This document shows, in pieces, positions 17,741 through 24,526 of a stretch of DNA of 41,444 nucleotides. Every line of letters begins with the position of its first letter. Positions within the stretch are counted from its first letter, which is position 1. Source of the DNA: Candidatus Kaiserbacteria bacterium (GTDB lineage: Bacteria > Patescibacteriota > Minisyncoccia > Phycocordibacterales > UBA2100); assembly GCA_016186765.1 (NCBI GenBank), contig JACPLD010000005.1:79785-121228 (forward strand). Direction: 5' to 3'. A model generated the notes under the pieces. The model was not told the origin of the DNA. It did no database searches and saw nothing but the letters and a program-made list of their open reading frames with translations. The translations under genes and the position numbers were made by a program.

Positions 17741-18619
17741 CTATCCCAAATTTTTTTCCGCGTCAATGAATGACTGAATGTCGCCATTGAGCACACTCCC
17801 GATATCTCGGCGCTCCTCTCCCGTCCGATGATCCTTCACGAGTTGGTACGGGTGCAGCACGTACGAGCGGATCTGGCTTCCCCACTCGATCTTTGTAGAC
17901 GCGCCAGTCGAAAGTCCGCGCGCTTCACGCTTTTGTGCTTCCTCGCGCATTTGAAATAGCTTCCCCCGCAGCATACGAAGCGCTTTTTCGCGGTTCTGGG
18001 CTTGAGAACGCTCGGAAGTAACATGAACCATGATCCCGGTCGGTCTATGAGTCATTCGCACTGCCGTGTCACGCTTGTTGACATTCTGTCCGCCGGGCCC
18101 GCCAGAGCGCGCGACACTGATCTCCAGCTCACTTTCGGGAACATGCGCTTCTCCCACATCGGGTAGCTCCGGTAAAACCTCGACAAGAGAAAAGCTGGTC
18201 TGCCGCTTTCCTTGCCCAAAGGGCGAGAGGCGTACGAGGCGATGCACTCCCGCCTCATTCTTGAGTGCACCATATACTCCGCTTCCGAGCACCTCGAACG
18301 ATATGCTTCGATAGCCCCCCATCGTGTTCTGATTCGACGACAGCAGTGAAGAGCGCCACCCTTTCGAAGAAACGTATTTCATGTACATTTCGTAGAGCAT
18401 ACGGGAGAAATCCTCCGCATCATCGCCGCCCGCACCCGATACAATGGAAATGATCGCGTTCCCCTTGTCATAACCCGCAGTGCCGCCAAGACGTTGCTTG
18501 AGGTCCTGATACTCTTTGAGCATCGCCTGTGCTTTTTCTTTGTCAGTCCAAAAATCCGCCGCTGCCATTGCGGTCTCGATCTCGCCGATCCGGGCCTCTA
18601 TCGGTTTCTTCGATTGCAT
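17741..18619 (-). CDS. prfB: Peptide chain release factor 2, shortened domain 1, no frameshift site
   Basis: SPF motif (RLVRLSPFG), GGQ (SGGPGGQNVNK), WGSQIRSYVLHPY; about 292 aa from MQSKK. Confidence 0.92.
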   Translation of the reverse strand: MQSKKPIEARIGEIETAMAAADFWTDKEKAQAMLKEYQDLKQRLGGTAGYDKGNAIISIVSGAGGDDAEDFSRMLYEMYMKYVSSKGWRSSLLSSNQNTMGGYRSISFEVLGSGVYGALKNEAGVHRLVRLSPFGQGKRQTSFSLVEVLPELPDVGEAHVPESELEISVARSGGPGGQNVNKRDTAVRMTHRPTGIMVHVTSERSQAQNREKALRMLRGKLFQMREEAQKREARGLSTGASTKIEWGSQIRSYVLHPYQLVKDHRTGEERRDIGSVLNGDIQSFIDAEKNLG

Positions 18620-18623
18620 GTGG

Positions 18624-18700
18624 GGAGTATACCCCGTGAGATAACTCGTGCCAGATAATTTCACTATAGGTTGGAGTTTTTATCTCATGGGGTATACACC
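18624..18700. repeat. 77-bp element with 21-bp terminal inverted repeats over the prfB promoter
   Basis: GGAGTATACCCCGTGAGATAA / TTATCTCATGGGGTATACACC, 19 of 21 complementary. Confidence 0.75.
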
Positions 18701-18714
18701 GGTGCACAAAGTCA

Positions 18715-18745
18715 GCAGGCCGCCGCGTCTGACGCGGCGGCCTGC
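18715..18745. terminator. Perfect GC-rich palindrome, probable terminator
   Basis: GCAGGCCGCCGCGTC-T-GACGCGGCGGCCTGC downstream of the 18774 ORF. Confidence 0.6.
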
Positions 18746-18773
18746 ATTGGTTTCTTCACGGATCACTGACGGA

Positions 18774-19091
18774 TCATTGCATGGGATACACATGCCATGC
18801 CTCATCCGGTATGAGCAAGAACTTCTCCTCGAGCGTGCCATTGGGTAGCGTTCTGCATTCCCAATTCCACAGGAAGTATTTAACTGGATCGCTCTCGTCG
18901 TCTTGCTGATACGTGCAGAAAAGCTCTCCGAGTTCGGGTTTCGTCTCGGCATATCGTTTTGAATCGCCAAATGTTTCCAAGCGATTTTGAGCGATGCCCA
19001 CTAACCCGCTCGGACCCGCAGTCGCAAAGTACAGGTGTGTGACTATCTTTTCCATCGCCTTCATCTCCCGAGGGAACGTCCCGGTTTGCAC
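18774..19091 (-). CDS. Hypothetical protein
   Basis: 105-aa ORF with TATACT 8 nt upstream of GTG; more protein-like than the overlapping 18680-18970 ORF. Confidence 0.5.
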   Translation of the reverse strand: MQTGTFPREMKAMEKIVTHLYFATAGPSGLVGIAQNRLETFGDSKRYAETKPELGELFCTYQQDDESDPVKYFLWNWECRTLPNGTLEEKFLLIPDEAWHVYPMQ

Positions 19092-19158
19092 TGTAATTCA
19101 GTATAGTACAGGGCTTCGCGAGTGTAGGTTGTTATTAACACTGGAGCTGCCCCCATGG

Positions 19159-20385
19159 TCAGACGGCAGTAAGCCGGTGCCCGAGCTTCTTCTTTTTCGT
19201 TTTGAGATAGCGCGAATTTATTGAGTTTGGTTTCACCTCGAGAGGAATGCTCTCGAGGATCGAGATTCCATGCCGTACGAGCTCGCGCTCCTTTTTTGGA
19301 TTGTTCGTAAGAAGTCGCACGGAGGAGATCCCTAGATCCTCAAGAATATGGGCTGCGGCCTCATAGGTGCGCGCATCGGCGAGGAATCCGAGCGCGCGGT
19401 TCGCCTCCACCGTGTCGAGTCCCTCATCCTGTAGCGCGTATGCCTTTATCTTGTTGGCAAACCCGATCCCCCTTCCCTCCTGGCTTAAATAGACGATGGC
19501 CCCCGAGCCGTTTTTCTTTATCCGGCGCATGCTCTCTTCGAGCTGCTCACCGCAGTCGCATCGGAGAGAAAGGAGCGTGTCTCCCGTGATGCACTGCGAG
19601 TGAACGCGCACGAGCGCTCCACTCCGGGGTTTGCCAAGAACGAGAGCAGCGTGTTCTCGATCGTCTGAAATAGATCGGTAGACAACGATATCGAATATTC
19701 CGTACTTCGTCGGCAGCCCCGCTCTCGCGAGGCGAACCACATCGGGCTGATGCGGAAGCGGGGAGAGCGGGTGTGTGTGCAGATACCGGACGAGGTCGCG
19801 TATTGTGATGATCCGTATGTTGAGTTTTCGCGCGAGCCGCACTAGTTCATTGCGCTTCGCCATGCGCCCACTTTTCCCAACGATCTCACAGAGAACGCCA
19901 GCAGGCGCATGGCCCCCAAGCCGTGCGAGATCTGCCGCTGCCTCCGTGTGCCCCGCTCGCTCGAGCAGACCTCCATCTCGCGCAACGAGTCCGAAGACGT
20001 GTCCCGGCCGCACCAAATCTTCTGCTTTCGAGCGAGGATTGGTGAGAACGCGAATCGTTCTCTCGCGATCGTGTGCAGAGACACCTGTCGTGATACCACG
20101 CCTGGCATTAACCGATACGGTGAAATTCACGCTCGTCTTCTCGGTGTTCTCGCTCTTCGGGACCATAAGCGAGAGATCGAGCCGCGCGGCCTGCGCGCGT
20201 GTGATCGCTGTGCACACGATTCCCCCGCCCTCTCTGATCATCGTGGTGATCGCTTTTGGCGTCGCGGCATCGGCAGGAATGTAGAGGTCGGCTTCGTTCT
20301 CGCGACCCGGATCGTCGATGATGAGCATCTTTCCTCTCCGAACGTCGGCGATCGCTTCTTCAACGGTACTGAATGTTTTCCTCAT
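19159..20385 (-). CDS. ribBA: Bifunctional DHBP synthase / GTP cyclohydrolase II
   Basis: DDPGRENEAD, RPGHVF, RAGHTE; RVHSQCITGD...RCDC, QEGRGIG, LLTNNP. Confidence 0.96.
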   Translation of the reverse strand: MRKTFSTVEEAIADVRRGKMLIIDDPGRENEADLYIPADAATPKAITTMIREGGGIVCTAITRAQAARLDLSLMVPKSENTEKTSVNFTVSVNARRGITTGVSAHDRERTIRVLTNPRSKAEDLVRPGHVFGLVARDGGLLERAGHTEAAADLARLGGHAPAGVLCEIVGKSGRMAKRNELVRLARKLNIRIITIRDLVRYLHTHPLSPLPHQPDVVRLARAGLPTKYGIFDIVVYRSISDDREHAALVLGKPRSGALVRVHSQCITGDTLLSLRCDCGEQLEESMRRIKKNGSGAIVYLSQEGRGIGFANKIKAYALQDEGLDTVEANRALGFLADARTYEAAAHILEDLGISSVRLLTNNPKKERELVRHGISILESIPLEVKPNSINSRYLKTKKKKLGHRLTAV

Positions 20386-20825
20386 AGTTCCGACATGAGC
20401 TCGATCATCGAAAGCGCCGATTCTGCCGCCTCGATGCCCTTGTTCTCCTTTTTTCTCGTCGCGCGCTCGAGCGCGTCCTTTAGTCGATAGACCGCGAGCA
20501 CTTCAAAAATGACGGGGATCTCGTACTCGAGGGAGACATCCATGCACCCACGTGCACACTCATTGGCAATTTGTTCAAAGTGATAGGTTTTTCCTTTCAC
20601 GATGGCACCGAATGCTATCAAGGCGTCGTATCTGCGCTTCTTTGCCAACTTCTTCGCGACAAGCGGGATCTCCAGAGAGCCGGGCACCCTGAACACATCG
20701 ATGTTTCCGACCTTCACGCCACGGCGCTTCAGCGCCGCAATGCATCGCTTTTCAAGCTCGCTCGTGACATCTTCGCGAAACGAGCTCCCGATGATGCCGA
20801 TATGTATGTCTTTGATTCTTTTCAT
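20382..20825 (-). CDS. ribH: 6,7-dimethyl-8-ribityllumazine synthase
   Basis: VPGSLEIP, GAIVKGKTYHFE, NKGIEAA. Confidence 0.95.
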   Translation of the reverse strand: MKRIKDIHIGIIGSSFREDVTSELEKRCIAALKRRGVKVGNIDVFRVPGSLEIPLVAKKLAKKRRYDALIAFGAIVKGKTYHFEQIANECARGCMDVSLEYEIPVIFEVLAVYRLKDALERATRKKENKGIEAAESALSMIELMSEL

Positions 20826-21403
20826 GCTCTTCTTGTGAGTTTCTCGATGTACTTCGCAAGTACGTCAACTTCGATATTCGCTTTGTCGCCAACTTTCACA
20901 GTGCGAAACGAGGTGCTCTCCCACGTATGCGGAATGATGCCGACGGTTACATACTTCCTTCCCGCCTTTACGACGGTAAGCGCGACGCCATTGACCGCGA
21001 TCGATCCCTTCTCGACCACATACTTCGAAAGCGTGCGAGGGATAGAAAATTTCAGCATGCGGCTGTTTCCCTTTCGCACGACGCTCACAAGTTTTCCAAC
21101 TCCATCTATATGACCCTGAACGATGTGGCCGGAAAGAAATGATATAGGCGTAGCAGGAAGCTCGAGGTTGACATAAGCGCCTCGCGGGAGATCGGGAAGT
21201 GTTGTTCGATGTGCTGTCTCGGGCATGATATCCGCCGAAAAAGAGCTCCCGTTTTTTGCGACGACCGTGAGACATGCGCCGTCAATCCCGATACTGTCCC
21301 CACGCTTGAGCCGTCGCAGAAACCTTTTGTTTGTGCTGATCGAAATCCCCGATCGTGTGCGGGTCGCAACAGTCCCCATTTCCGTGATAATGCCAGTAAA
21401 CAT
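20822..21403 (-). CDS. ribE: Riboflavin synthase alpha chain (RibE/RibC)
   Basis: MFTGII start, GDSIGIDGACLTV, GHIVQGHIDG, KGSIAVNGVALTV, NIEVD. Confidence 0.96.
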   Translation of the reverse strand: MFTGIITEMGTVATRTRSGISISTNKRFLRRLKRGDSIGIDGACLTVVAKNGSSFSADIMPETAHRTTLPDLPRGAYVNLELPATPISFLSGHIVQGHIDGVGKLVSVVRKGNSRMLKFSIPRTLSKYVVEKGSIAVNGVALTVVKAGRKYVTVGIIPHTWESTSFRTVKVGDKANIEVDVLAKYIEKLTRRA

Positions 21404-21425
21404 AAAACCCCGTTCGTTCGGGGTT
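21398..21425 (-). terminator. Riboswitch terminator hairpin overlapping the ribE start
   Basis: AACCCCG-AACGAA-CGGGGTT then TTATGTTT. Confidence 0.7.
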
Positions 21426-21457
21426 GCATCCATTCACCCAAAAAAAATGGGCGGACT

Positions 21458-21651
21458 TTCCTTCTTTCCCTACTACGCTCGCCTGCGGCGAGCTTCGAAG
21501 GGTCCTGCATAGCTTTATGCGACGCAGGACATCCCGACTATACGGTCGGTCGCGGGATTGAACCGCAGTCGTGTCCCGACATATGCCAGGACTCGCGGAC
21601 TCGCCTTGCGGCTTTACCGCCGATTGGGACTCACACCCAACCCCGAAGGAA
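21458..21651 (-). ncRNA. FMN (RFN) riboswitch with an internal insertion
   Basis: CTTCGGGG-TTGGGTGTGAGTCCCAA-TCGGCGGT...GTCCGCGA...GCGGTTCAATCCCGC-GACCGAC-CGTATAGTCG-GGATG; P1 TTCCTTC/GAAGGAA; upstream of rib operon. Confidence 0.9.
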
Positions 21652-21680
21652 CAGGGGAAGTGTACCACACTTTATTCGTG

Positions 21681-21753
21681 AGCCACCTCGGAGAATCGAA
21701 CTCCGGACCCCGTCTTTACGAAAGACGTGCTCTACCGACTGAGCTAAGGTGGC
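21681..21753 (-). tRNA. tRNA-Thr(CGT)
   Basis: GCCACCT...AGGTGGC-T; CGTCT-TTCGTAA-AGACG; TTCGATT. Confidence 0.95.
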
Positions 21754-21763
21754 AATCGTGCTC

Positions 21764-21792
21764 ATCCTACGCGATTTTTCAGGCGTTTTCAA
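21764..21792 (-). promoter_or_regulatory. Sigma70 promoter of tRNA-Thr(CGT)
   Basis: TTGAAA-N17-TAGGAT ending 10 nt before the tRNA. Confidence 0.6.
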
Positions 21793-21795
21793 TTG

Positions 21796-21867
21796 AGCCG
21801 GAGGCGAGAATCGAACTCGCGGCCTACCCCTTACCATGGGGTTGTTCTACCACTGAACTACTCCGGC
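21796..21867 (-). tRNA. tRNA-Thr(GGT)
   Basis: GCCGGAG...CTCCGGC-T; ACCCC-ATGGTAA-GGGGT; TTCGATT. Confidence 0.93.
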
Positions 21868-21882
21868 TTCGTAGCGATACTA

Positions 21883-22542
21883 TCACGCCAATGGATACGC
21901 CTTCAATCGCTCGATATGCGGCGCAACGGCTTCATCTGTGATATCAGAGGGTATGATGCGAACGAAGGTAAAGAGCTGTTTCTCAAGTTCGTGCGCGGAC
22001 CGTACGCTCGCATCGAACACTTCATCTCTATTCGGTAGTCCTTCCTTTTTCGCTCGTACAGCATAACGCTTCCTTCCTTCTTCAACTCGATCACGAAGCG
22101 GGAGTATGCCGCGGGGACCGACACGCAAATCAGCATACTGTACGATTTTCTGCTCTTTCGAGTCTCCGGCGAGAATTCTTTCTATTTTCGAGAATCCTGT
22201 ACCCCCTATCAGTTCGACAGACCGCTGCGGAAGGCCTATCTCCCGTGCGATCGATAGATTTGCATCGTGGTGATTTTTCGAATACTTCGATATGAATTCC
22301 TCCTTAATATGCTCCCAGTGCCCTCTACCTTTCGGCTCCAAAAAGTCGGGAAAGATGTCGAGGTTTGATTTAATGATGTTGCCCATGTCGTGAAAAAGGC
22401 ATGCGAGCACAACATTTCGCTCATCGAGCGGTTGATCGAAGTTGTCACAAATTAGTTTGGCGACCGCTGCTACCCGCAGCTGGTGGAGCTGCAACGATGG
22501 CATAATCTTGTATTCAGTGTAAACCTTCTGCGATGTTTTCAT
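21883..22542 (-). CDS. HD-domain phosphohydrolase-like protein
   Basis: H..RV, LACLFHDMGNIIK, HH, YADLRV. Confidence 0.8.
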   Translation of the reverse strand: MKTSQKVYTEYKIMPSLQLHQLRVAAVAKLICDNFDQPLDERNVVLACLFHDMGNIIKSNLDIFPDFLEPKGRGHWEHIKEEFISKYSKNHHDANLSIAREIGLPQRSVELIGGTGFSKIERILAGDSKEQKIVQYADLRVGPRGILPLRDRVEEGRKRYAVRAKKEGLPNRDEVFDASVRSAHELEKQLFTFVRIIPSDITDEAVAPHIERLKAYPLA

Positions 22543-22664
22543 CCCGCGATTCTACCATTTTGCTCAATCCTGCCTGATGCTACGAACTACCCATCACAAA
22601 AGAGGAGCCACCAGGTAACTCTGGCGGCTCTTCGCGAGTGGTCCGGACCACAAGGTTCCGGGAT

Positions 22665-22865
22665 TCAGTAGAGGTGCGCGCTGGCGCCGTTGCGCTTGCG
22701 TATTTGCTCCGAGGCAGGGAGTGTCGCGAGCATGCCCTCGACCTTTCTAGGTGAGAGGGTCCCCTTGTCGAAGCAGTGCTGCAAGATGGACTTTACGTCG
22801 ATGACAAGGAAGCTGTCATCAGACCATGGAACGAGCTGTTCCAGTAATTCGGTCGACATCATCAT
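22665..22865 (-). CDS. Small hypothetical protein
   Basis: 66-aa ORF with SD-like AGGAGAG upstream and a hairpin near 22605-22630 downstream. Confidence 0.45.
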   Translation of the reverse strand: MMMSTELLEQLVPWSDDSFLVIDVKSILQHCFDKGTLSPRKVEGMLATLPASEQIRKRNGASAHLY

Positions 22866-23104
22866 AGGTCACTCTCCTATATCTGCCTTCACGATCAGAG
22901 GCGATGCTCATCAGACCTCGACAAGCACTGCCGACTGACCGCGAGGCTATCTCGTGCACTCCGCTACACCCACGGGCACTTTACATCTTGCGGGGCCGTG
23001 GTCAAGAAAGAGCTGTGCATACGTGGTGCCTGCCTTCAGAATGCAGAACCGTATACAAAACGGTGTCCAGCTTTGACGTTTGCGCGCTCGACCGGACGAG
23101 AACC

Positions 23105-23234
23105 TCTGGGAAACCCACGGTTTTCCCATTCCTTCCTCCACGAGAAAACAAATGTTTTCCCGACCCCCCCCTTCCCGTTCAAATCCCGACAGTCACAAAC
23201 GCAAAATCAGATACCGATTCGGTATCTGATTTTG
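23105..23234 (-). other. Structured 3' trailer of tRNA-Asp
   Basis: 15-bp perfect stem 23202-23216/23220-23234; antisense T-arm 23177-23188; stems GGGAAAAC/GTTTTCTC and TGGGAAA/TTTCCCA. Confidence 0.6.
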
Positions 23235-23238
23235 ACGT

Positions 23239-23316
23239 TGGCGGGAGCGACGGGATTTGAACCCGCAACCCCTTCCGTGACAAGGAAGTGCTCTATCCAG
23301 GTTGAGCTACGCCCCC
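23239..23316 (-). tRNA. tRNA-Asp(GTC), CCA encoded
   Basis: GGGGGCG...CGCTCCC-G-CCA; CTTCC-TTGTCAC-GGAAG; TTCAAAT. Confidence 0.95.
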
Positions 23317-23367
23317 AACCGAAGCAGAATATATCAAAACGTTGCTTGATGCTATACTCCGGAACAA

Positions 23368-23441
23368 GTCGGGGTAGCTCAGTTGGTTAGAGCGAGCGTT
23401 TCATAAGCGCTAGGTCGTGGGATCGTAGCCCACCCCCGACA
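23368..23441 (+). tRNA. tRNA(CAT), probably elongator Met (Ile2 not excluded)
   Basis: GTCGGGG/CCCCGAC-A; AGCGT-TTCATAA-GCGCT; atypical T-loop ATCGTAG. Confidence 0.85.
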
Positions 23442-23462
23442 CCGGCAGGCTATAATTCATGT

Positions 23463-23651
23463 ATGTCCGCACGATTCTGGGGAACAATTCTTGCCTTCAA
23501 CTCCGTTCTGTGGTTCGTCGCACTCGGCTTCCTTGCCTACGGCTTCGGCATGCTCATCACCTCACTCGATTGGCGGCTCTTCCTCCTCGCGCTTGCAACC
23601 TTCGTCGCCGTCTCACTCACAGAAATTGTGTTGACAGCTCTCGCGCACTAA
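23463..23651 (+). CDS. Small two-TM membrane protein
   Basis: 62 aa, almost fully hydrophobic; TATAAT just upstream. Confidence 0.65.
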   Translation: MSARFWGTILAFNSVLWFVALGFLAYGFGMLITSLDWRLFLLALATFVAVSLTEIVLTALAH

Positions 23652-23689
23652 AAATTGCGACGAATTCTCCCTTGTAGTACAGTACCCGT

Positions 23690-23761
<72 letters not shown>

Positions 23762-23769
23762 CACGAAAT

Positions 23770-23798
23770 GCAAAATTCCGCGAGAGCGGAATTTTTGC
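23770..23798. terminator. Bidirectional terminator
   Basis: GCAAAATTCCGC-GAGA-GCGGAATTTTTGC. Confidence 0.75.
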
Positions 23799-23824
23799 GT
23801 TGAGTGTGCGGGAACAACAAGAAA

Positions 23825-24508
23825 TTATTCGATATATCTGAACTCTTTGAAAACACGCTCGTAGAGAGCGATAATGCGGTGCACTTCGCGTGGCGTAAGA
23901 TCGGTAGCAGTACCTTCATGAGCAATGCGGTTGCGGACCTTGTGCGCGTCCCATGCCGCATCAATCGAATTGAACTGCGCGCGGTCGACCTGCTTCATTT
24001 TGTCGGCCATCGTCTCACCCTTGTACCCCTGCACGTCGAGAAGTTCGTTGAGCATGATGTCCGCTTCAAGTATCGCGAGACGCCAGCTCTCCGGATTGGA
24101 GCTACTCGCCTGCTCGAGAACTCTCCTCCAGCGCAGCTGCGTGCGCGGAATGTCTTGCGCGGCGACCGTGCGCTGCGCGGCACGCACGATTCGGTATTCC
24201 CTTCGCCGTATCTGGAAAATGCGCGTCCAGCAATAGAGCACGAGGGCGAGAAACGGGATCGACACGGTGAGCGTGATGAACGAAAAGACGAACCATCCCT
24301 TGAGAAGCGACTCATAGCCGCTCGGACCAGAGGCCTGCGCGAGGAGCATCGGCACATCCCATGCGGTGACAGGCTGCTCGAGATTCGCAAAGGGTGAAGA
24401 AGGGCTCGCGTTGAGTGCAGCGATCAACGTCGCCGGTACCCAGCGAAAAATCAGATCACCGAGAAACCTGAACGCCTCAGGGAAAGCCCCGATGAGTGTG
24501 TTCTCCAT
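23825..24508 (-). CDS. Hypothetical membrane-anchored protein with HEPN-like RxxxxH motif
   Basis: TM segments, then WRLAILEADIMLNELL...AWDAHKVRNRIAHEG. Confidence 0.75.
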   Translation of the reverse strand: MENTLIGAFPEAFRFLGDLIFRWVPATLIAALNASPSSPFANLEQPVTAWDVPMLLAQASGPSGYESLLKGWFVFSFITLTVSIPFLALVLYCWTRIFQIRRREYRIVRAAQRTVAAQDIPRTQLRWRRVLEQASSSNPESWRLAILEADIMLNELLDVQGYKGETMADKMKQVDRAQFNSIDAAWDAHKVRNRIAHEGTATDLTPREVHRIIALYERVFKEFRYIE

Positions 24509-24526
24509 CCTCCCAGTATAACAGCG

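Noticed and set aside
18680-18970. 96-aa ORF overlapping 18774-19091
   Set aside because: Arg-rich, runs through a terminator-like palindrome, no promoter; only its last ATG-AGA-TAA is noted
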